From Macrostomum lignano (taxonomy: Eukaryota), in assembly GCA_002269645.1 (NCBI GenBank), contig NIVC01000479.1:260795-324794 (forward strand): a stretch of DNA of 64,000 nt. The letters run 5' to 3'. Position 1 is the first letter of the stretch; every line of letters begins with the position of its first letter. This document shows positions 13,138 through 24,093 of this stretch, one piece after another. The position numbers and the translations under genes were made by a program. The notes under the pieces were generated by a model. It was not told the origin of the DNA. It was given only the letters and a program-made list of their open reading frames with translations, and searched no databases.

Positions 13138-15139
13138 ATGCCGAATAACAGCAAAGAAACTGCTGATAAACTGGTGAATATTGAAGCAAATTTTGCTTGC
13201 TGGCAGCCGGCACTTGTTCTGGCATGCGTTGCTTTCATTTGCTCAACCGCAGTGGCCTCCTACTCGGTGTCCGTTTACATTAACAATCCGATTTTCGGTA
13301 GATCACCAGACGAACCGGTAAGATCTGTCACTTACCTGGGTAATAAATCAGATTTCTATAAGTGAAAATTTTCATCACAGTGAAAACAATTCATTCTAAA
13401 CCATCATACTTTCGATAGGTCAGCATGCACTTTGTTTTGGATAAGCAAAAATTGAAGACTTGTGCGCGTTCGGGACTTCGTGTGAAGTATACCGACTTGC
13501 CGTGCATGAGATCGGACACTGAGTATTACACTATTGGTGAGGGGATGGGACTGGCTGCCCCACTTTTGTCTGGTGTGGATATGGTGGCTGTCTTAGAGGG
13601 GCTGTTTTAAGCGGGCTGTGGGACTGTGTTTAAGGGGGGTGCTGTAAAGGGGGGCTGTTTTAAGGGGGCTGTTTTAATGGGGCTGTTTTAATGGGGCTAT
13701 TTTAATGGGGCTGTTTTAAAGGGGGGCTGTTTTAATGGGGCTGTTTTAATGGGGCTGTTTTAATGGGTTGCTGTTTTAATGGGGCTGTTTTAATGGGGCT
13801 GTTTTAATGGGGGGCTGTTTTAATGGGGCTGTTTTAATGGGGGGCTGTTTTAATGGGGCTGTTTTAAAGGGGGCTGTTTTAATGGGGCTGTTTTAATGAG
13901 GCTGTTTTAATGGGGCTGTTTTAATGGGGGGCTGTTTTAATGGGGCTGTTTTAAAGGGGGGCTGTTTTAATGGGGCTTTTTTAATGGGGGCTGTTTTAAT
14001 GGGGCTGTTTTAATGGGGCTGTTTTAATGGGGGGCTGTTTTAATGGGGCTGTTTTAATGGGGCTGTTTTAATGGGGCTGTTTTAATAGGGCTGTTTTAAT
14101 GGGGCTGTTTTAATGGGGCTGTTTTAATGGGGTGCTGTTTTAATGGGGCTGTTTTAATGGGGGGCTGTTTTAATGGGGCTGTTTTAATGGGGCTGTTTTA
14201 ATGGGGCTGTTTTAATGGGGCTGTTTTAAAGGGGGGCTGTTTTAATGGGGCTGTTTTAAGGGGATGTTTTAATGGGGCTGTTTTAAAGGGGGGCTGTTTT
14301 AATGGGGCTGTTTTAAGGGGATGTTTTAAGGGGGCTGTTTTAAAGGGCGGCTGTTTTAGTGGGACTGTGTTTAAGGGGGGTGCTGTAAAGGGGGGGCTAT
14401 TCTAGGAGGCTGTCTTAGAGGGGTTGCTTTAGGGGTGGTGTTTAGGGGGTGGTGTTTTAGGGGGGGGGACTTTCTTAGGGGGACTCACCATAAAACACGA
14501 CATCATTAAACGCCAAACAGACGGATGCCTCGGACCCGTAGTCTGCCGAGACGAGTGCCAGTCGGACTCATCGCGCACAGTCGGCTGCCGTTGCCATGAC
14601 AATGCCGGAGGTTTCAACTTGACCGGAAATTCGGGCAGCGTCGGATTAAATATGGGAGGTGTTTATCTGATTTATGCCCAGGTAAGTGAGTTATCGATTT
14701 CTCAGTCAGTGGAATCCTGACCCCAGAGGAACCCCAGTCAGGGGAATCCCAGTCAGGGAAATCCCAGGCAGGGGAATCTCAGTCGGGGGAATCCCACTCC
14801 GGGGAATTCCAGTCAGGAGAATCCCAGTCAAGAGCATTCCAGTCAGTGGAACGTTAATGTTGAACGTTGAACTTGGCAAATGATTTATCCCCAAACCAGG
14901 TCAGCTTTCGAGATTCCGAGTCCAGCCCAGTTGCCGTGTCGCTGCAGGTGAACGGCAAGCACACTTCGGCCCAGTGTCATCAGGCGAACTCGATGTCCAA
15001 CGGCTCATACTGCGTCATCAATAGTCAAAGACGATTCAAAGTAGGCGATCGAGTGGCCGTGCACTCACCTGAGGCCTTCAGAGTTGTCAACGCAGATAGC
15101 GCAGTCACGTTCTGGGGACTGGTGCGCCTGTCTGACTGA
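13138..15139 (+). CDS. TNF-superfamily ligand 1 (Eiger/EDA-like type II membrane protein), about 232 aa
   Basis: Exons 13138-13317, 13419-13536, 14521-14681, 14900-15139 (phases 0,1,0; all GT-AG) join in frame. N-terminal TM segment ALVLACVAFICSTAVASYSV; TNF-domain motifs GGVYLIYAQVSF, AQC...YC and terminal TFWGLVRL. Confidence 0.85.
13600..14420. repeat. About 14-bp array (GGGGCTGTTTTAAT) in intron 2 of TNF-like gene 1
   Basis: Tandem copies with variable G-run length. Confidence 0.9.
14712..14850. repeat. 15-bp degenerate array (ATCCCAGTCAGGGGA) in intron 3 of TNF-like gene 1
   Basis: About 9 copies. Confidence 0.8.
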
Positions 15140-15879
15140 CATCCTTAACAAGCGTACAAATTATTTTTGATAGCCTAGCTAGCTTGTCGCTCGAACATGA
15201 ACTTTTAACGGACATGTAAATCATAGTTTTTTAGTTTGTCATTTAATGTATTTTTCTCATATAGGATTGCCATGTTTATAAAGAATAAGGTTAACCAAAG
15301 AAACTTGTACATAACTGATAAGTATTAAGTTTTTAGCTGATGCAGAAACTGCAAGAAATGACCTCGAATTCACCTGCGTAAAAGAGGATATGATATGAAA
15401 ACAGAAAACGTCAATATGCCAATACTGTCTGTATGCAGGCACACACTCACACACGCTCATACAGGGTGTACAAGATTGGACGTCACCATTCTTCATGAAA
15501 CGCCACATGCCATCGAACTGCTACACTTTGTCTATCTGGATATATCGACATTATATTATATAGTATAGCTCGTACACAAGCTGTTGAAACCCGCGGATTT
15601 TGAACCCGGGGAATTCCAATCCCCGGAACTACTTTTGCATGTATTCTGAAATCTAAGGCCATACACAAACAAAAACTTGTTAATAGTTAGTAGGATAGAG
15701 GTAGACATAAAATGGAGCACATTCGTGTAAAATTAGGGTTTGAGGCAAACGTTGATATTGTTGGCTGGGGTACTCCGCAGAATGCCAGGAAATGTCTGTC
15801 TGACTCTAAAACATGTGTTGGCAAACTCTGGCCTCTCCCTGACTCTCCCTATGTCCCTTGGATCCTTTAAAATTTCTAT

Positions 15880-16333
15880 CGTCTCTTCTGTTTCCTTTCT
15901 TCTCTCTCGTCCCTCGTCTCTCCTCTCTCCTCTCTCTTCTCTCCTCTCTTCTCTCGTATCTTCCTTCATCTCTCTTCTCTTTCATCTCTCTTATTTCATC
16001 TCTTCCCTATTCTTTTCTCTCTCCACTCCTCTCTCCTTTCTACTTTTCGTTTTCTCTCTGCTCTCCTCTCTCCTCTCTACTTTTTCGTTTTCTCTCTCCT
16101 CTCCTCTCCCCCCCTCTTCTCTCGTCTCTTCCTTCTCCTCTCTATTCTTTTCTCTTATCTCTTAACTCTCTCCTCTACTCTCTCATCTCTCCTCTCTACT
16201 CTTTCCTTTCTCTCTCCTCTCTCCCTTTTCTCTCGTCTCTTTCCTCACCTCTCTTCTCTCTCGTCTGCTCTTTCATTTCTCCTTTCTCTTCCTTTATCTT
16301 TTCTCTCTTATCTCTTCTCGTTTCTCTCTGCTC

Positions 16334-16410
<77 letters not shown>

Positions 16411-17240
16411 CTCTTCTCTCCCATCTCTTTTCTCCTCTCTACTCTCTCCCCTCTTCATTCTCCTATTTCCTCTTCTCTCTCCCTGTCTCTCCTCTCTCCT
16501 CTAGTCTCTGTAATCTCTTCTCTCTTATCTTTCCTCTGTTCTCTCTACTCCCATCTCTCGTCTGTTCATTTGCTCTCTCATCTGTCATCTTTACTCTCTT
16601 ATACGTTCTCTCACTTATCTCCTCTGTACTCGTCCCTTTCACCTCTTCTGACTCCTTTTTTCTTTACTCCTCTCTTCTTTTCTCTTCCCTCTTCTATACT
16701 CTCTCTCCTCTATTATCTTCTCTCGTCTCTCTGCACTCTCCTCTCACCTTTTTCATCTCTCATCTTTACTCTCTCATCTCTCCTTTCATCTGTCTCATCT
16801 CTTTCCTCTCTCCTCCTCTTCCCTTTACTCTCTCATCTCTCCTTTCTCCCCTCTTCTTACACCCCTCTCTTATCACTATCTCTTCTCTTCTCACTCCTCT
16901 CCCCCCATCTTATCTCCTCTCTTCTCTATCCTTTCTACTCTCTCCTTTCTAATCTCTCCACTCCTCTTGACCCTCTGTCATCTTCTTTCTGCTCTCTCAT
17001 CTCTACTCTCTTTTCACTCTTCTCTACTCTCCTCTCATCGATCCTCTGTCTCATCTCTCCCCTCTTCTAACCTTACTCTTTCCTCTCCCTCCTTTCTCCC
17101 CTCTTCTCGCTTCTTCCTCCCTTCTTCTCTGCTCTCCCCTCACCACTTGTCTCTCCTCTTATATTCCATGTTTTCTCATATCCCCCTCTCGCCTCTCCTC
17201 TCTTCTAATAGTCTATTCCTTCTCCTTTCCACTCTCATCT
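15880..17240. repeat. Polypyrimidine low-complexity tract with a pure (CT)n core at about 16338-16407
   Basis: Very strongly C/T-biased plus strand. Confidence 0.9.
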
Positions 17241-17686
17241 GGCCTGAACATAAGCTGGATTCTTTATACGGCTTCTGAAGTAAAAATCTACCCATTCCTG
17301 CTTGGAAAGCCAGTTTGTGGGACGTAGTAGTACTCTCATTTCTGTTCTCATGCTTTGATCATGTCATCTTTCTTGCCAATTTGCAGTCCTGAAAGGAATT
17401 TGTGTATTTTCAGCTCCACTGCAGTCTGCATCAGTCTAACAACCAAGGAAATACGCATTTCTTAGGAGGACATTTAAAATTTAAGGTACTTTTAAGAGAA
17501 ACTTAAAATTTCCATGGTGTGCCTAATTTAGTAGGGTTGTATTGCATTGCATCACCTTTTCATAAATCTTTCGCTTTCACAAACCATGCCAGATTGCCTT
17601 GATTTGCCAATTGCCATCCACTGTTAAACTGCTGCAGAGTTTGCCAATACAGAGGTGAGGGCAGTGGTTAGAATTTCTCACTAAAC

Positions 17687-20395
17687 CAGTGCTGGGCAAG
17701 TTAATCAATTTTTTTAACTTGTTAAAAGTTAAAAAGTTAATTTAATTGCTCCAAAAAAATTAACTGTAACTAGTTAATTATTTAACTTTTGCCCAAAATT
17801 TAACTTCTGAAAAGTTAAAAGTTAAAGTTAATAATTCCCTAACAGAAAAAGTGACATTTTCCTGGACATGTGTTCGGCGTGTTTTTTAAATTTCAGGTCG
17901 GCGCGGCGCGGCTGTGGCCAGGTCGCGGCGCCCTGGGGAGCTTGTCAGGGAATACTCCCCTGGGAATTAGACCGGGGACCCTGGGGAGAAAAAAAGCATT
18001 TTTAACTAAATTTTTGCCATTTAAATAAGAAAATCATTCACAGAAAGCTGATTGAAACTCTGTCTATGCTTTTTTACCACAAAACTGCTTATTTCAATGT
18101 ATTATTTCAAACACAACACACGTTTGAATGGGGGGGGGGGTTCATAAGACTGAAATTTCACAACGCCGAAACACCATACTTCACAAGACCGAAACTTCAT
18201 AAGACCAGAATTTCACATTGTAGAAAACTTTACAATAAGGATTGTATTGCATGTAGAATTTTCGGCGTTGTGAAATTTCGGTCTTATGAAATTAGCAACC
18301 CGTTTGAATGTTTTTTTTTCACTATGAGTCTTTCAATCAAGCAAATTGAATGTACGAGCGTAGAAACCTGTCAGGAAAAAAAAGCCTTACTGACTATTGT
18401 GTTGGTCTACGTTGACGGCTTGACAGATTTGACACAGGCACAGCGCCATATCCTGTGTCAGTCACTGACGCATAGGGGGGTGTCATACAATAACAAAATA
18501 CTCCGTATTAGACAGGACAAAATGGTGATTTACATGTATCTGCAAGAAATTAAAATTCCGATTATAAAAACAGTCTCATTCATTAATTATCCTCCCACGA
18601 GTGCAGCTGCTGAGTATGCATTTTCCGCCTCCGGAGTCTGGACCCTTTCTGATAAAGGTGTGCACACGATTTGGTGATGCCATGTTGTCAAATACAGTAT
18701 ACGCGTCTTTCTCTGGGGCCTTTGAGTTCGCGTTCTCACTTTCTTAAGATAGATGTCTAGCGGTCTAAGGTTCTTACAGCTCTTAGTCTCTCCTATCAGG
18801 CCGTCAGAGAAGACCGTATAAACTGACGGGATCTCCTAGTATCTAAGCTGAGTTGGAGTCTCCCTAAGATTTGCCCTATGTCACAGTTAAGGCAAATGAT
18901 CGATTTGAGACTCGGGTTTCTGCCAACTGGATAATCCAGAAACTAATTCAAATGGAGCAATTCAAGATCGAATAACTGCGCAGGAAAAAAACGAAGCGCC
19001 GCTCCAGTTTGAGATGAGCGTCTATTTGTACCAATTAGCATGTTTGGCCTCCCCCGCCGCCGGTGGGGTGTCTTCGCGTTGTTAGCAACGGCGGGGGTTT
19101 TGAGCAATAACAAACTGGGACTCAGTCCCCTAATTGTACATGAATTTAGTTAGTTCTAGTAGGTTGCTAAGTGTGGAGGTTAGAGATTATTCGGGCTTTC
19201 GCAAATCTATGTGTTGAGTTGGATAAAATTTGGGATAGAAAGATTATAGAAAAAGTGCTTAGTTTTCCGTCTCTACACTCTGTCCATGAATGATTAAACA
19301 GTCCTCTGTTTCTCTCGGTTGTCAGGCAGCTTGGGGTTGATCTCGCCTTCTTGGGCAGCTTCGGGTTGGGTAGGAGTCTCTAGGTGGGCCTCACGTTTTC
19401 TCCCTCAGGGTGCGCCAGAAGATGCCGCGTGCCGCGTTGTTCTCTAAGTCAGGCTGCTGCTCAGTTTGCTTTTCCCGGCCGGTTTAGTCGCCATTGTGCC
19501 TGCGGCGGGGTGACGCTACTAACTGGAATGGAAGGAGGCTTTGTTAGATTCGGCTATTCAAATTGACTTGACAGTTGATTAATTATCTTAAAGCTGCTTC
19601 TGTTTGCTCTTCTAATAGCTATATAGGGGTTCCATTGTACTCTTCTGCCTCGCCCTTCACTGCGCCTGGGCTTTTCATAAATTTCTACCTATCTTCTAAC
19701 TTGGGGTCAAAACTTCAGATTTCTAACTCTTATATACAGTTTTAAACAAACATTGCTTAAAGTTTTTACCCTTGCGCCTTGAATATGTAGTCCATCCAAA
19801 GCTTTAATCAAAGTTTAAAAAATGCCACTTAGTGACTTATAAAGATCTAAGTTATCCGCCGTTTTTTACTTATTTTTTTCCCGGGATCCCCGTGGAATGA
19901 CAGTAAATTCCCCAGGTCCCCAATAAGAAAATTCCCTGGGGAATCGACATCCCTATGTACAACGATAACTTCTAGTAGTCATTGGGTAGAATATCAATAG
20001 ATAATAGTTGAAGATTCCAGAATATTCCGGAATATTCTATACATGATAACTTGTAACTGAAATATATACATGTAATAGTTTGTGACGCATTAAATAATGC
20101 TTAGAAAGGCGAAGTTATTTTATGTATGTATTAATTTTACTTTTTAATGGCATACAAGCTGTTGAAACCCGCGGATTTTGAACCCGGGGAACTCCATTTC
20201 CCGGAATTATTAACTTTTGTCATTTAACTTTAACTTACAGGAAAAAATTAACGATTTTTGTTAACTAGTTAATACATAAAAAATTTAACGAAAATTTAAC
20301 GATTTTTTAAAAAATTTAACTAGTTAATTAACTAGTTAAACAATTAACTAGTTAATTAACTAGTTAAACAATTAACTAGTTAACGCCCAGCACTG
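17687..20395. mobile_element. Non-autonomous hAT-type DNA transposon, 2.7 kb
   Basis: TIR CAGTGCTGGGC at both ends; AT-rich TTAAC/GTTAA subterminal repeats; perfect 8-bp TSD CACTAAAC (17679-17686, 20396-20403). Confidence 0.85.
18560..18990 (-). mobile_element. Possible degraded LINE (RTE/CR1-like) APE endonuclease fragment inside the hAT element
   Basis: Broken-frame motifs WIIQLAETR, PLSERV and NAYSA resemble the APE motifs DII.L.ETR, PISER and VYAP. Many stop codons. Confidence 0.35.
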
Positions 20396-20659
20396 CACTA
20401 AACTGTTGTGGCTAAACGTAGCCTCCACGGAGGTGCAAAGAAGGATATAAAGAAAGCTATTCCAAAACACTGTACATTTGTTATGTACATTCAGTCCTAT
20501 CGCCTGACCCTTGGTCTGGCTCTGGGGGAATGAGTGAGTGAGTGAGTGGCACAAACAACAGAAAAAGCAGACAAACTTCACATGCTTACAGTTTCTGCTC
20601 TGAATGAGTTACAGAGTTGAAACTTTACATTTAGATAGAGAATGAGTCAATAAAGAATT

Positions 20660-21340
20660 TTGTCAAGATCAAAGTCAATCGCTTCACGTGGAGCAAACTT
20701 ATGGCAGCCGAAAGTTAGTCAATTTTTAAACCCCTTTTACACATCTGGGCCCAGATCGGGAAAGAGAGGCAGGCGGACGGAGGTTGGGGTGGCTGTCTCG
20801 CTGAAAAAACAGCCTAACTTTAAAAGTGCACAGCGCCGTTCAAAATTGAGTTTGAGACTTGAAATAGTACACGATTGTGCCAAAATAGTTGAAGATTGTC
20901 TGTGTCAAATTTGAAGAGAATCGGTAGAAGTGGAGCGGCGCTACGAAGGATTAAGTAAAAAAACGCGCATTTTGAGCAGTTTTTTGCACTTTTAGGTAGG
21001 AAGACTCAAATTTAAGAAATGTAAAAGTAGCCTAAGACATTCTCCGTAGTGAGTTTAGGGTGGGTGCAAAATTTGGTGTCATTTGGTTGAGTGGTTTGGG
21101 AGTCCATAGCGATCAAAATTGTCCACAGACAGACAGAACACAGACGGTTGTGATTTTTCTACGAGCGTATGTAGAGTAGAGATTAAAATGGCCTAAAGCC
21201 TGATCCGGAAAATTTGCAGTTTTCCCATATAAGTTTTGACGCTGACTTGCCAGGATTGTAGGAGTTCACTTGCAACATACAGACAGACAGACAGGCAAAC
21301 ATCGCGTCGGTTTTAGTATTAGGAGAGAAGAGATAAACGC
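20660..21340. mobile_element. Possible Helentron-associated (HINE/DINE-1-like) element; a similar one lies at about 9120-9530 in opposite orientation
   Basis: Internal (GACA)n / (GTCT,GTCC)n microsatellites, AAATTTGG motif and AGTATTAG-type end. Boundaries approximate. Confidence 0.35.
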
Positions 21341-21794
21341 TAGTGTTATTTTTTTAAATGAACCAATTATCTAACTCAGACAGAAGAGAAAAACAGACAA
21401 TAATCAAGACCATTTTAATACAGCAGGCTTGAGTGGAACAATGAAGTATTCAGAAGTGTCTGGCCGAGTCTTGAGCACAGAATAAATATAGGCAGAAAAG
21501 TAGAACTTCCCTTTTATTTGTCTAAACAAACTATTTAGACAGAGTTTCTTATGAATAAACACTGACTCATGCTTATAGAGGTCAACTTAGAAATTTAATC
21601 TCAAGCTCAGTGCAGTGTGCGCAGCACTGTACAGAGTGAGTTACACGTACATGTATTTTGAGTGGGCAATTCGAAAAGCTTGAAGTCAAAGAAGTAGAAG
21701 TTTTACATGAGACAGTGAGATTGTAGCTATAGAAACAACTCAAAAAATGTCCTGTCTGAGCTTTATAAAAATTTCAGTTTTGAGGGTAAAAATC

Positions 21795-22515
21795 TTGGTT
21801 GCGGCGCTAAAATCTTGCTTGTGCTGCTAAAATCTGGCTTGTGGCGCTAAGTCTTGCTAGTGGCGCTAAAATCTTGATTGTGGCGCTGAAATCTTGCTTG
21901 TAGCGCTAGAATCTTGCTTTTGGCGCTAAAATATTGATTGTGGCGCTAGAATCTTGGTTGCAGCGCTAGAATCTTGCTTTTGGCACTAAAATATTGTTTG
22001 CGGCGCTAAAATCTTGGTTGCGGCGCTAGAATCTTGCTTTTGGCGCTAAAATATTGATTGTGGCGCTAAAATAATGTCTGTGGCGCTAAAATCTTGGTTG
22101 CGGCGCTAAAATCTTAGTTGTGGCGCTAGAATCTGGCTTGTGGCGCTAAAATCTTGCTTTTGGCGCTAAAATCTTAGTTGTGGTGCTAGAATCTGGCTTG
22201 TGGCGCTAAGTCTTGCTAGTGGCGCTAAAACCTTGATTGTGGCGCTGAAATCTTGTCTGTGGCGCTAAAATCTCAGTTGCGGCGCTAAAATATTGATTGT
22301 GGCGCTAAAAAAATGTCTGTGGCGCTAAAATCTTGGTTGCGGCGCTAGAATCTGGCTTGTGGCGCTAAGTCTTGCTAGTTGCGCTAAAATCTTGATTGTG
22401 GCGCTAAAATAATGTCTGTGGCGCTAAAATCTTGCTTGTGGCGCTAAAATCTTGCTTGTGACGCTAAAATCTTGCTTGTGGCGCTAAAATCTTAGTTGGG
22501 GCGCTAAAATCTGTA
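21795..22515. repeat. About 20-bp minisatellite (TGGCGCTAAAATCTTGCTTG)
   Basis: Tandem degenerate copies. Confidence 0.9.
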
Positions 22516-22689
22516 GCTTTAAAGTCTTGTAACACTAAAGTTAAAGTTTCCAACAAAGATTTACTCGAATTATCCTACTAAGCAGTCATACTGCAGACTA
22601 CTTTAAGTAGCTATAAGAGACGTACAAAGTTTTGGCCAATTTAGTGTTGCCAAAATCATTTCGAGACGAAAGCTTTGCTGATGAGTGCC

Positions 22690-23500
22690 AATTTTAATCC
22701 CACTGTATATAGCAGTGTCAGTTTTGGCGCCACTGCATATGGAAGTGTCAGTTTTGGCGCCACTGTATATGGGAGTGTCAGTTTTGGCGCCACTGTATAT
22801 GGAAGTGTCAGTTTTGGCGCCACTGTATCTGGGAGTGTCAGTTTTGGCGCCACTGTATATGGGAGTGTCAGTTTTGGCGCCACTGTATCTGGGAGTGTCA
22901 GTTTTGGCGCCACTGTATCTGGGAGTGTCAGTTTTGGCGCCACTGGGAGTGTGAATTTTGCGTCATTGGAGTGTCAGTTTTGGCGCCACTGGGAGTGTGA
23001 ATTTTGCGTCATTGGAGTGTCAGTTTTGGCGCCACTGGGAGTGTGAATTTGCGTCATTGGAGTGTCAGTTTTGGCGCCACTGAGAGTGTGAATTTGCGTC
23101 ATTGGAGTGTCAGTTTTGGCGCCACTGAGAGTGTGAATTTTGCGTCATTGGAGTGTCAGTTTTGGCGCCACTGGGAGTGTGAATTTTGCGTCATTGGAGT
23201 GTCAGTTTTGGCGCCACTGGGAGTGTGAATTTTGCGTCATTGGAGTGTCAGTTTTGGCGCCACTGGGAGTGTGAATTTTGCGTCATTGGAGTGTCAGTTT
23301 TGGCGCCACTGGGAGTGTGAATTTTGCGTCATTGGAGTGTCAGTTTTGGCGCCACTGGGAGTGTGAATTTTGCGTCATTGGAGTGTCAGTTTTGGCGCCA
23401 CTGGGAGTGTGAATTTTGCGTCATTGGAGTGTCAGTTTTGGCGCCACTGTACGGGAGTGTAAAAATTTTAACGCTGCTAGAGGAACTGTCAATTTTGGCG
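22690..23500. repeat. Two-part minisatellite: 30-bp unit changing to a 46-bp unit, both built on GTGTCAGTTTTGGCGCCACTG
   Basis: Tandem copies; unit switch near 22940. Confidence 0.9.
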
Positions 23501-24093
23501 CAGCATGAAGCGTCAGTTCCGGCGCCATTGAGAGTCGCAACTCTCAAAGCTCCGACATTGGCACCATGTCAGTACGTGTTGTCAGTTATGGCGCTACAGT
23601 TTTCATTGAAATTACAGCATTACAGAATGCATTAAAAGAGTAAAACCACAGTCGATCAGCTCTCTCTGTATACCGGCATATGACTGAGCTCATGTCAATG
23701 CACTTCCTACAATCTGGCAAGTCGCAGACAAAGCTAATGAAATTAACATTCACTGTCTAATAAATGAAATTCCAGAGACTCTTTGTAAGAGAACTTCGAT
23801 AGAAAGGGGAACTTCGACTCCGTGCGCAGGCTGTAGGTTTTAAAACATAAGCACGTGGTATAGGTGCGTACTTTCCGCTGGATAGAGGGTTGGGGTTGAG
23901 GTGAGAAGGTAAGAAAATGAGTGGGCGTTGAGCATGGCACTAAAGCAGTTGAAATAAAAGTTAAAAGCACAGAAAAGCAGACTATAATATGGAACCAACG
24001 CAAACGCTTAAAGAGCAGCTATAGTTTTTTAAAAAGTAAAATAAGAAACGAGTCTTACTTGAGCAGTTGCATGACAATTACAACTCAAGCGGA

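Noticed and set aside
15740-17278. Leu/Ser/Phe-rich ORFs resembling membrane proteins
   Set aside because: Translation of a C/T low-complexity tract, which cannot encode stops.
18066-18677. 203-aa plus-strand ORF
   Set aside because: It lies inside a non-autonomous transposon, has no transposase motifs and overlaps the antisense of a LINE-like remnant.
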